Positions 41,501 through 58,858 of a stretch of 64,000 bases of DNA are shown here, one piece after another. Every line of letters starts with the position of its first letter. The stretch's first letter is position 1. The stretch is from the NCBI GenBank assembly GCA_040954595.2, contig CM082581.2, positions 10,353,099 through 10,417,098 on the forward strand, read 5' to 3'. The DNA is from Balanoglossus misakiensis (taxonomy: Eukaryota; Animalia; Hemichordata). The notes under the pieces are model-generated. The model ran no database searches. It was not told the DNA's origin and saw only the letters and a program-made list of their open reading frames with translations. A program made the translations under genes and the position numbers.

Positions 41501-42765
41501 GTCCTCGCCTCGCATAAAGTTAAAAAAGTGTCCGTTTAACAAGTTGTGAGACGTTTTGTGGCGATTCTTTGTCCCGTATGAATGAATTGTGAATGATAAC
41601 GGCGATCGGTGCACGAATTTTGGTCCACAGATGGAAATTTCTTGTCGAAACCACTGCGTTATAAATATCACTCGCGCACTGCATTGGATGACGTCACGAA
41701 AGTTTCTAACATTCTAACCCTTGGTGGCGACATTTACGATTCCAACTGGTTCATGTCGTTAGTATCTCACTATGTCATGTGCGAATCTATCTGGCAATGT
41801 ACGCGCTTGGTGTCTATACTGGTGAAAAATTTGTTTTATTAATTTAGTCTGTTAGAGATGATTTTATTTAGACTGGAATTAAATTTACTAGTATCTCGGA
41901 TTAGTACATTGGCAAATCCCACAGTCCTTTGCGCAAATCAAAATGGCGGCGCCCAATGTAAAAGTTTCTAACATTCCAACACTTGGTGGCGACATTTACG
42001 ATTCCAACTGGTTCATGTCGTTAGTATCTCACTATGTCATGTGCGAATCTATCTGGCAATGTACGCGCTTGGTGTCTATACTGGTGAAAAATTTGTTTTA
42101 TTAATTTAGTCTGTTAGAGATGATTTTATTTAGACTGGAATTAAATTTACTAGTATCTCGGATTAGTACATTGGCAAATCCCACAGTCCTTTGCGCAAAT
42201 CAAAATGGCGGCGCCCAATGTAAAAGTTTCTAACATTCCAACACTTGGTGGCGACATTTACGATTCCAACTGGTTCATGTCGTTAGTATCTCACTATGTC
42301 ATGTGCGAATCTATCTGGCAATGTACGCGCTTGGTGTCTATACTGGTGAAAAATTTGTTTTATTAATTTAGTCTGTTAGAGATGATTTTATTTAGACTGG
42401 AATTAAATTTACTAGTATCTCGGATTAATACATTGGCAAATCCCACAGCCCTTTGCGCAAATCAAAATGGCGGCGCCTGTATATGTACGTCCTCGCCTCG
42501 CATAAAGTTAAAAAAGTGTCCGTTTAACAAGTTGTGAGACGTTTTGTGGCGATTCTTTGTCCCGTATGAATGAATTGTGAATGATAACGGCGATCGGTGC
42601 ACGAATTTTGGTCCACAGATGGAAATTTCTTGTCGAAACCACTGCGTTATAAATATCACTCGCGCACTGCATTGGATGACGTCACGAAAGTTTCTAACAT
42701 TCTAACGCTTGGTGGCGACATTTACAATTCCAAAACAGACCTGATTCCATGACGTAAATCTCACC
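35555..42765. repeat. higher-order tandem array: 22 x 262-bp monomers organised as 988-bp units (3 monomers + ~202 bp extra segment, 7 copies of the segment)
   Basis: The ATGGCGGCGCC landmark recurs at 35753, 36015, 36277, 36539 | 37003, 37265, 37527 | ... | 41943, 42205, 42467 (steps of 262, 262, 464). Identical ORFs recur every 988 bp in the ORF track. Copies are almost invariant. Confidence 0.98.
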
Positions 42766-42777
42766 TGACCTAAGTGA

Positions 42778-42787
42778 TCACATGACT
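42778..42787 (-). promoter_or_regulatory. M-box/CLEAR-like MiT/TFE site 23 bp upstream of the V-ATPase B start codon
   Basis: TCACATGACT (reverse complement AGTCATGTGA). V-ATPase subunit genes are established MITF/TFEB targets. A second GTCACATGAC lies at 49251-49260, just after the stop codon. Confidence 0.6.
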
Positions 42788-42809
42788 TATCTCAATTACT
42801 CGCAGCAAG

Positions 42810-49216
<6,407 letters not shown>

Positions 49217-51431
49217 TAAACCCTGAACCAATCACAGAAGCGAGCACTCAGTCACATGACCATCTTCAAATAACTAGTCATATAATTTGCAGCGCAAAGA
49301 TGCAACTTCATATTGTGATGCAAATCTGTATGACACTAAGGTTTTGCAATTACTTTGATACCCACATTTTTTTCACACAGAGTATGGTCGACTTCAGAAA
49401 TTTGTCTGCTTTTTTCTTGTATATTGTTCCTTAGTTTTTTTCATTACAAAAACATGAATGTATTGATCTAATGATAGGATGTTATATGATTGCTTTGCTG
49501 ACGCCAGTATTGTTTGTGTACCCATTATAATTTTAGTAAAATATTCAATGGAATGTCAATGTATGACATGGTGAATTTGATTCAGAAGGGGATAATATGC
49601 TAATAACCACAAAACCACACTTTCGTGTCCGGTGTGTACCAAATACAGATGTCCTAATTTACAAAAACACTTTGAACAGATGTTTCCATGTTACCATGAC
49701 TATGACTTTATTTTATGAAATGCATTCCTCTCTTTCCTAGGAGACAATCTGTGTGTATGTACGATAACATGTGAAAGAAGTACACTTCACAGCAATAGAG
49801 AAAATATGTATTATAGTATCGAAATGTATATTGAAAAAAAAGGGAGAACTTGACTGTTGTCAGGACGTAAAATGTAGACGTTGTAGATAGCATTATAGAG
49901 CTACATTCAAATTGTTGGAATTCCCAGAGCTCAGATACTCCTGACTGCGAATCTTAAAGTGTGTGAAACATATGTGTGTTGTTATGGTGATGACCTTTGA
50001 CTAGCCAATGGTATACGTTTTCCATCTGCATATAGCCAATCAAGGGATACAGAGATCTGTTCTGTGGTGATTCAAGGTGAGTTCTGGAAATAAATCGAAC
50101 TCTGAGATGGAAAATGTAGCCTGCGAGAATCAAATGTAGTGATGTGGTGCAGTTGCTGTATTTTTCCAAAAATCTTTCTCAGTGATCGCGGTGTCCATGT
50201 AACCTGACCGTATTATGTCTGTGGTTTTGATGTGAGAGACCAAGCAATTGTAACTCAGTGGAACTGTAGGCCACCAGTTAATTTATTAAAGTTTAAATGT
50301 AAATTGTGTCAACTGAATTGTCAAGGAGGGGAAATATGTATTTGGACAAACTGATGATAGTTGCCATAATGGTTAAAGTGATGAACATGCTTGTTATTAG
50401 TCTAGTGTATATATCAAACTAGATGTACAGATAAAAACTACCACCATGGTTGTTTTATTAATGTCCGTGGCCTCCAACATCTATGATGTGAAAATCTAAT
50501 CAATGATGTTGTCACGGTTTTCTAGTACTGACAGTCATGCCAAGAAAGGTAGTTGAAGTTGATGTGTAGTATATGAAGGCCAATCTGTGATTGGCTAGAT
50601 CTTGACTTTCCATAGAAACTGGCTGTATTTTCAGTCTGTACACCTTTAAGCTTTTTGTAGTTGTAAACTTCTCTGTTATAGATCACCACCAAACATTGGT
50701 TGAACCCCCCCCCCCCCCCGACATATTGATTTGAAAATTGGTGGGCGTGTCTCCCCAGCTTCCGATTAATGACGTCACGACATGATCAGGGTAAAGAAAA
50801 ACATCTTTAATAACTCATAGACCTTGATTATGACTTTTGTAAGGTCAAAATTAGCGGAAGGAAACGCCTTTCTAACTTAAGTTACTCAAATTAGCAGTCG
50901 ACGCAATGAATCGCCTCGTAAAGGAGACGAAAATGATGGACAAAAACTACATGAACATGATGAAGGTCGACTGAGAGGCGCCCTCTGTCGTTCACGAATG
51001 CATCAGTGTGCACCTCACTGTGTTTGCTATTATTTGTCCCTTGGCAAAATACCAAGCACTCATCTCATTAGGGCCATTGTTTTGGACAGTCATTATGTCC
51101 ACAATCCTTTTTACATTATCGATCTATTCGGCTATACAAGTAAGATGCATGGGTTTCTGAATTGCTATAGTTGATATCCCAATTTTAGACTGCGGTTTTC
51201 AGAAATCCTGGGCCCAGTCTTTTTAAACATCACGGTCGCGCACGTACTAGCAGGCTGGATAACCAGAAAGCAAGATAGAAAAATGAATAAATAAAAAACT
51301 GAAAATGTCGGGGAATTTTTCAAAATGTAAATCAACTTTCTTATTAGTGAAAAACACCACATTTCTGTTTCAATAAGCTTATAACTGGTTATTTAGATTC
51401 AAAGAATGGCTAATTTCATTTGTCAAATTAA

Positions 51432-53219
51432 TCAGCCGAAATGTAAATTACTAAGTTCTTCGTTGCTCGGAGCACGTAAATATCTGATAGATTTGATATT
51501 TTCTAAATCTTCATAAGTAACATTAGAAGTGGCGGGCCTGGTGAAGTCTCGCCTGGTAGGTTTGTGCGTCGTTTGGGCGTAGATCGGCGGTAACTGAGTT
51601 GGAGAACTGTGTTCTTCAACTTTTGCCGCGGTCGGACTTTGAAGATCTAGAGCTTGAATGAAGAAGTGTGCTGGTCCGAGACTTTTCTTTCGTGTGGCAC
51701 TGGTGTGTTTCTTGTGCATCGGTACTTTCGCCCGTTTCTCGGCCGTGTTTTCCACAACGATTCTCGGATTGCCTGTCGACGTAGCCCAGGAGTGCGATCG
51801 GATTCGTGACGTCGACGACGACGCGTCTGAGTCGAGCGATACCTCCGAGCCACACCTCCGTTCGATTTTCGGTGATGACGAGGGGGTGTGTCGCGGTGTG
51901 CTGGTCTGAAGTTCGAGAGATCTCTCGAGAGAGCCCGACCTGCTCAGATTTAGAGATGCCGTTGACACGGCAGGCGATAACGTGGACGGTGTCAGCGATG
52001 GTGGGGTAACTGTTGAAATGCTCCTCCTGATGGGTTGAGTTGATTCTGGGATGCTGTTCAGGACTTCCAAAGAGCGAGATCTCAGACGATGCTGCGCATT
52101 CAAGTGTGGGAACGCCTCTAATGATGATAAAGTCAGAGTCTCGTTGGGGAGTCTTTGTTGAGATTCTTGCAGGATTTTCCGGCGGTGCATTGGACTGGGC
52201 GTTAATTGTCTCCGTGGACTCCCCGACACCGACGGGGGTGTCACCTTCCTCGACAACATCGGTGACGCTGACTCATCGCTCGTATCGAGGTATAAGGGCG
52301 ATACCGTCGTTCCATAACGACGTTGCCTTGGCGACTCCGATCCGTCCGGAGCCTTCAACGGAGGCTCGCTGTCAGATCTTGGCCGAGGCGAAGGTGATGG
52401 CGACCGAGACTCACTCGACCTGTCACGAGGTATGGCCAAGAATGACAAGGGTGATGGAGACGGAGAACGGGACGAGGTCGGGGATGATCCGTTTTCTCCG
52501 TGACCAGGTACCGTTAAAGAAGTACTTCTAACAGGAGGACTATCTGATTTTAATCCCGCAACTCGCCTGATGTCTAAAGATGGGTTCAGAGACTTCATCT
52601 TGCGAACGTCTCGTCGGGAGAGTCTTGGTGAATTTGGCAACGAATGTGAAGTAGGCCTAGGCCTAGACATTGTGCTGGCTACCTCTTTGTCAAGTCCGGA
52701 GTCTTCGAGCGACTTTCTCAGTCGATCGATATAGTTGATAGTCGGATCTGTTTGTTTTTCATCGCCTGCTCTCTGCTCGCTTTCGTCCGAATGTTTGCGT
52801 TTCGTTGACACCTGTTGATTGAGAACGATGTCACTGCTACCGCCGGTCTGTCGACTCGAGTCAGCCGGACCATTTGCCAGATCAATCTGTGGACCGTTTT
52901 CTTGCGAACGTTTCCTCAAATTGATCGCGATGTGTCGTGCGACACTATAACTGAGGCCGGAGTTCTTCGAAGTGTTTCCGTCGATACTGGATACACTCGA
53001 CGAGCGATCTCCTGAACCAGGCGGATTGAAGTCCCGAGCGCTTTCCCTTTCCAGGCGCTCTAATCTGTCCAACATTTTTTGCTCCTCCTTTTTGTGAACT
53101 CTCTTCCATTTCAAATGTTCGTTTTCAATATGAGAACAGACTTTTTCGGCGTGTCTCTTCACCAGAACATTGGTCTTCAGTATCGTTTCTTTACTGGCCT
53201 TGCTCACCTCATCCGCCAT
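51432..53219 (-). CDS. uncharacterised 595-aa S/R/P-rich protein, N-terminal coiled coil and C-terminal LPPI...RYLR motif (possibly CCDC190-like); cluster gene A
   Basis: 1788-bp uninterrupted ORF with start context aacATGGCG. A splice acceptor (ttttcag) lies 16 nt upstream of the ATG and a GTAAGT donor at 53485-53480, suggesting a non-coding first exon. Confidence 0.8.
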   Translation of the reverse strand: MADEVSKASKETILKTNVLVKRHAEKVCSHIENEHLKWKRVHKKEEQKMLDRLERLERESARDFNPPGSGDRSSSVSSIDGNTSKNSGLSYSVARHIAINLRKRSQENGPQIDLANGPADSSRQTGGSSDIVLNQQVSTKRKHSDESEQRAGDEKQTDPTINYIDRLRKSLEDSGLDKEVASTMSRPRPTSHSLPNSPRLSRRDVRKMKSLNPSLDIRRVAGLKSDSPPVRSTSLTVPGHGENGSSPTSSRSPSPSPLSFLAIPRDRSSESRSPSPSPRPRSDSEPPLKAPDGSESPRQRRYGTTVSPLYLDTSDESASPMLSRKVTPPSVSGSPRRQLTPSPMHRRKILQESQQRLPNETLTLSSLEAFPHLNAQHRLRSRSLEVLNSIPESTQPIRRSISTVTPPSLTPSTLSPAVSTASLNLSRSGSLERSLELQTSTPRHTPSSSPKIERRCGSEVSLDSDASSSTSRIRSHSWATSTGNPRIVVENTAEKRAKVPMHKKHTSATRKKSLGPAHFFIQALDLQSPTAAKVEEHSSPTQLPPIYAQTTHKPTRRDFTRPATSNVTYEDLENIKSIRYLRAPSNEELSNLHFG

Positions 53220-53939
53220 GTTGTCATCCAGGCCGCTGAAAATGCCGCAATTATTCGTACTTTCGGCGATGGAAGTGCTCTCGGGGCCGTTTCCACAAAC
53301 GCAGACTCTTCTCGCGTAGCTCTGTTCACTGGTTACCGCGGTATACCCTGGACCTTTTATATCGCTTCGCTGTTAATCATTAAGTCACCAACTAAGGGCG
53401 CGTCACACTGTGGGGTCGGATCTCCGGTGAGAACATCGATTATGCAAATACTAAACATGACATGGGCACAAAACACATGACTTACAGAGATTCTCGCATG
53501 CTCTGTTAATTTATCAACTTTCGCGACAATCTCTAAATTGATTTTAAAAAAGGAAAATAATACTTCATATTGGCCATTCGATCTAACAATAGGAATCCGA
53601 GAAATTATCCAGTATGTCCAATTTTAGCCTTTTAATTGTTAAACACAAACGGCCTAAAGTGAACTGCGGACGTCATCGGTCACAGATCCGGCCAGTTTCT
53701 ATTTGTAATCAATATCCAGTGCTTTGAGCGCCAAAGAAACCTTATCCTCGCCTTCCTGAACGATTATATTAAATATCTGCCGATTCATCTCATGATCGAT
53801 CACTCCGACAGGACAGGAAGTGGTTTATTTTGACTACGAATCCAAAGTTTTGGTGAGGTCACTGGCCTGTCGATATGTGATTAAAATAAGTGGGTTATGC
53901 TGAGACCGTGACTGTACTTCATGGGGAGGACAACGGTTG

Positions 53940-54030
53940 TATATTATATTATATTATAAAATTACATCATATTATATTATGCATGTATTATGTTACATCG
54001 TATTACATGTATATTTCAGATTACGTATTT
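53940..54030. repeat. degenerate (ATATT)n AT-rich simple repeat
   Basis: atattatattatattataaaattacatcatattatattatgcatgtattatgttac... Confidence 0.7.
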
Positions 54031-56276
54031 AATGATAGAAACAGAAAATTAGTTATTTCACTGTAATAATAACGATTGTACGAAAGCGATGTATAGTATT
54101 TTCAAAACCGTTTGTTTGTCTTTACGGTGTGAGCTTCAATGTCAAAGATGTAAAATCAATTCGGACGATTTGCGGTCTTTTGACATCTTGGGTCGAAAAT
54201 TACACCCCGTCACGGAGTCACCCGCATGTTGTTGTTTTTGATCACATGTCTACAAGCCAATGACGTCACTACCAAGCCATACCCTTTGTAGGTGGCGGTA
54301 ATGATCGATCGATGGCGGTGACCACTTTACAAAATATACCGAGGCATGAATAGTTAATGCTCAACTTGATGATGGATAATTGGTTACCTGAGTGGTCTGT
54401 ATCCGTTACACATTATGGCGTTAGCATCCAGGTTCCTGACGATATCTTTCAGTGATTATTGTCCACGTGGAATCGGAAAAAGAATACCGCAAATATCAAA
54501 TGTCACAGACTCAAAAAACTGTGCGTTCACAATGTTAACACCTTAGGAAGCGTGAGAATCAGAAATCTGTTTCTTCCAGTTTTGCCATATACCCCCACCC
54601 ACCTCTGTTTTCACGTGTTCACCAATTTGCTACAGAAAATTATAAAGAAAGAGGACAATTTCACAAATGAAAGAAAAATCAGGCAACTTCAAGACAGAAA
54701 CGGAGAAACAAGCTTGTTGAAGAGAAAGTTTGACCCGCACGAATCTGGGATAGTGCCAGTGACCCCACACTGGACAACTACCGATCGGGCAAATGCCTTA
54801 AACCCCTGTCATATCGACAACTTGAATACTCTCTGCCTACTTGATACATGAAAACTCAAATAACCGTGCAGAGTGCGTCAGATTAAAACTACTTCTATTC
54901 GACTCGGAAAGATTTGTAACAGATGCGTAGGTTGGCTTTGTCGCTCACGATCAACCATGACATTTTAAGCTGACGTGGGTTACATCATTTACACGCGTCG
55001 TCCTGGCAACCGAATGGAAAATCAACAGGTGGTTGCTATGCCAATGAACCCCAAAATAGTGCTTTTGATGTCGTTCGTGTAAACGACGACAAATATTTTG
55101 TATGATCTGAAGCTTGATCTCAATAAACTGCCAAGCAGAAACAAAAGTAAACGTCATTTTGTAAAATCGACAAACATTATTGGAACAATTAAAAGTCATT
55201 AGTATATGCCTATACATATGTGGATCGTTTAGGACTTGTAACGCTTCACTCTGGGGTGAGTTATGACATCATATTTTTAAAAATATGAGTAGTTAAATAA
55301 ACCCAGTAGTTTTAAAGTGGTTTCCCTAGTAAAGTGCAAATAATCCACGGCCATTTAATAAAAATTGGTGACGCTACTGTAGCCTTTGCACGTCAATTTT
55401 TTATGGCATAATTGAGTCGAACACGTTGGAAACTCTGGTATGTTGCATTCGAAACAAAGAAATACAGACGTTATATAAAACACCGAGCGATAATTATACG
55501 AAAGTAAACTCCCGATATTTTCAAAACACAAGGTTTGATTTACGCGATATTCTGTCACTTGTTAGTGTGCGCCTGTGTATTTTTTATTCAAGTAGAGCTT
55601 CGTAATTTTGGGATAAGATTATTGTTTTACTGCATCTGCGATGAATGGTTGCAATCGCAAAGAGATTGTTAATGGCTGGACTTTACTGCGTCAAAGAGAG
55701 GGCGCTGTTAAGTTTGCAACCGAAGAAGATATATTACGTGGTATATGGTCAAAAATAAAATAATGTGACGCAATATACAACCAAACCTCACTGTAATAGT
55801 CACGGGTCGGTTTATTATTTTATTCTTTATTTAGCATGTTCATGTTGCCAAGATTTTGTTTGAAGCGCAATCTATGATTATAAGTTTCGCACCCAAACTT
55901 ACTCATACTAGTATATTTCTCATACCTCCGCGTCTAAAATCGTCCTTCATCTCCCCCACACCAAAGCAGCGCGGCGTGGGGTCGTGCTTCCACATAAATT
56001 GAGGAGATTACACTCCTGTCGTTTTTGTGTCAAGTTTGAACGATTTGTGACGAAAATCGATCAGAAAGACCTGTTTATGTTGGCGAATGTTTTCGCTTCT
56101 CAGTTGCGTTGTGTCAAAGTTTCGACATATCGGGACGAAGAAAGCTTGCAAACTATTTAAAGATGGTTCTATAGAAATACACACAAATATCCACCGAATT
56201 TTCCAACTGTACACAAAGTGACCAACCAGGGGTTAAGCAATTCACGTAGAATCATTATTTCATGGCGAGGGTCTGC

Positions 56277-57695
56277 TCACCTAGCTAACTTTCCTAACGG
56301 GCGACTTCGAGTGAAGCGCTTGTTCGCGTCCACCTCGCAAGGCATTTGGCGGTTGTTACCATGTAAAGGAGCCTGATAATACGAGGGTACGTCAAAGTTC
56401 GTTTGTGAAGTGGTCTCGTCGAGCGATAGCGATTTCCCGTCGATGTTCTCTCTCCCGGTCTTCGTTGCTTCAGATGCAGCCGTTGGCATGGAAACTGGTT
56501 GGGGAGAATCTACACTGACGGTTCTTGCCTCAGACGTGAAACTGGCGCTTCTTGGTCTGTGGTGGCGGCGTGGTGACCTGGGGGACGGGGAGAGAGATTC
56601 TTGCAGACCGTCTTGGTTTTCAATCCCCGGTGCTTTCCGAGGCAGCCTGGGTGAGGGTGTCGACGGAGGGCGCGGGGAGTGTCGCAGAGTCAAGCCATCG
56701 TCTTCACCTTTCGGCGGCTGTGGCATTGGAGATAACGAGCGACCACGTCTTCGTACAGTTTTTCTCTCAGTACACCTCTGTCTTTCATCTTGATTATTCT
56801 CTCTCGGCGAAAGTCGACTCGTCGGTTCAGAAGTGTGTTTGTCTTTGCTCATTTTATGAAATTCCCATCGTTCGTATTCACGATTTTTTGCGGCGTGCTT
56901 GTTTTCTGCTTCTACGTTGTCAGTTGGTCCATCCCCGCCACCATTACACCAACTCGAATTTTCTAGCGTTTCATCAACAGGTTTTTGTTTTTGTCCTGTC
57001 GGTACTGTAACGGCAACTAGACTTTTGGCTTGACCGGATTCACTATCACGTCTCTTCAAATGATAATTCGGCGCTGACTTTGGCCGGTCAGTGATTGACG
57101 GGAGAGGGACCGATTTCCTTCTGTCGCCCAATATATCTGTTCTTTGAATGCGAGGCAAAGCAAACTGTTCGCGGATAGGCGAACATGACGGCGATGTTGG
57201 TCGGGGCGTGCTTTTCCTGGTAGCAGACGCACGTTCAGTCAGGCCCAAGCAGCTTCGGTTTCCATCTTCGTCGATAATATTGATCATGGGAACGGGACTT
57301 GCAGTCTGTTTGCCGGCACTTCTCGGCGAAATATCGGGCGACGGCGATTTCATAGCGAGTCTTGGCGACTCCTGGTTTTTCTCTCGCGGAGATTCACTAC
57401 ACTCCCGGGACTTGGTCCGTCTCTGTTTCAATAAAGCACTCTGCTCACCTGTGGTACGTGTAGCCCTCTGCGGCGACTTCGCACCGTCACGAACCGCCGT
57501 CCTCGAGCCGTGCAAGTTCAATTTCACCAACTCCTTCGTCAGCTCTTCCTTGTAATGGTCATAATCGACACAGTTCTTCAGCTGATCGTTCTCTAGACCC
57601 ATACCGCCCGTATCCTCTCGTCGTTTGGCAGATCCGTTGTTAGCTGGCATGGTGTCTTGAGATCGCCCGTGAGAAGCAATGCCACCGCCGTCCAT
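56277..57695 (-). CDS. uncharacterised ~472-aa disordered S/R/P-rich protein; cluster gene B (3' end may be spliced)
   Basis: Long ORF. The ORF track starts at GTG 57731, but the first ATG is at 57695 (MDGGG). Acceptor ttctttcag ends at 57748. The TGA stop lies inside AG|GTGAGC, a possible donor site. Confidence 0.72.
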   Translation of the reverse strand: MDGGGIASHGRSQDTMPANNGSAKRREDTGGMGLENDQLKNCVDYDHYKEELTKELVKLNLHGSRTAVRDGAKSPQRATRTTGEQSALLKQRRTKSRECSESPREKNQESPRLAMKSPSPDISPRSAGKQTASPVPMINIIDEDGNRSCLGLTERASATRKSTPRPTSPSCSPIREQFALPRIQRTDILGDRRKSVPLPSITDRPKSAPNYHLKRRDSESGQAKSLVAVTVPTGQKQKPVDETLENSSWCNGGGDGPTDNVEAENKHAAKNREYERWEFHKMSKDKHTSEPTSRLSPRENNQDERQRCTERKTVRRRGRSLSPMPQPPKGEDDGLTLRHSPRPPSTPSPRLPRKAPGIENQDGLQESLSPSPRSPRRHHRPRSASFTSEARTVSVDSPQPVSMPTAASEATKTGRENIDGKSLSLDETTSQTNFDVPSYYQAPLHGNNRQMPCEVDANKRFTRSRPLGKLAR

Positions 57696-58858
57696 ATTTA
57701 CCGACTTTCCGGCAGCCGGTGTACTACGCACTTAGCTCAGACACAAACTGAAAGAAGTTTATTGGCAATAAGCCGCGCTAATAGCTCTGAATAAGTCGCA
57801 AACAAAAAGATCTATAGCATCCACACGTTATAGTTTCCGTTCTTTTTTCCCCCAAACATCAATTATTCACGCACGTCGATTGTTCTCGTCATTTCATAAA
57901 ACACGTATTAGATCACGTGACAATTGATTTTCATGTCGCAGTATTTTCGTCCTGGTAATGAAAGCGATAAATTCAAGTCTTTATTAAAGTGTATAATAAT
58001 ATGTACCACGTGATAACTAATGGCAATAACCATAGTGTGACGCAAGAAAAGGCAAGCCGAGGTCTCGTCTGGAAAAACGGAAGCTTTTTTTGTCTGGCAC
58101 GGAAATACTAGTATTCCAAGTATATACACAGCATCGATTTACATGATGAACTATTTTGCTTGAATGTACTCGTCCTAGTTACATATATTTTTATTTCCCC
58201 CGGTGTATATCCTAGACATCTTATTAATCAAATTTACATGGGGTAAGGCATTATCTGGACATTTTTTTTCTACATTAGAGAATTGAAAACTGTAAAACTA
58301 AAAAAAAGGAACGATTCGTTTTATAATATGTAGGCCTATGCCTAACATCAATAATGCAAATAAAACTACCCACATTAGTGCGAAATGTATAAACTATTCA
58401 GATGTTTCCTTAGGCCAGGGTGTCGCACAAAACCGTTACAGGAAGCGCGCAGTGCACTGTGGACTATGTACTTTGTCGACAACAGCAACCAGAGAATCAA
58501 TATAAGTATACCACTCAAAGTTTATTGCAAATTAATAATACATTCATTCAATATATTCTGAAATTAACTGCCACATTTTAAAGTTTGCAGAAGTTTGCAG
58601 AAGTAATTAAAACATTCGAGAATTAAATAAAACTCATCATATTCATCATCCATTAACATTGGCAACCACTTGGCATTTTAAAAATCATGACAATTGGTAA
58701 ATTTTAGATGATGCGTTTTGTCGTCTGACGTTGTGCATGTTTATGACTGTAGCACGGTTTCCTTTGGTTTTACAGACATATTTTTATCGAGTACAAGCCA
58801 CAGTTTGTGTGATTTTGATATCGAATTAGGAATGGCAAGAAAATGAAAAGAAGAGTTA

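Noticed and set aside
36534-42659. Repeated 65-aa (-) and 77-aa (+) ORFs as a tandem gene family
   Set aside because: They begin at non-ATG codons, show no recognisable domain, and recur only because the DNA is repeated.
35555-42765. CRISPR-like repeat/spacer array
   Set aside because: Units are 262 and 988 bp, the intervening segments are identical rather than unique, there are no cas genes, and the context is eukaryotic.
35555-42765. Tandem snRNA, 5S or tRNA gene cluster (suggested by the Staf-like site)
   Set aside because: No sequence recognisable as U1-U6, 5S or tRNA, and no convincing A/B boxes were seen. An Rfam/Infernal scan of the monomer and extra segment would settle it.
56008-56168. 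Second coding exon of gene B (EPSLNSLQAFF...)
   Set aside because: The donor at the end of gene B is phase 2; joined to this acceptor it gives only RTIFK*, not the 68-aa frame. It cannot be supported without transcripts.
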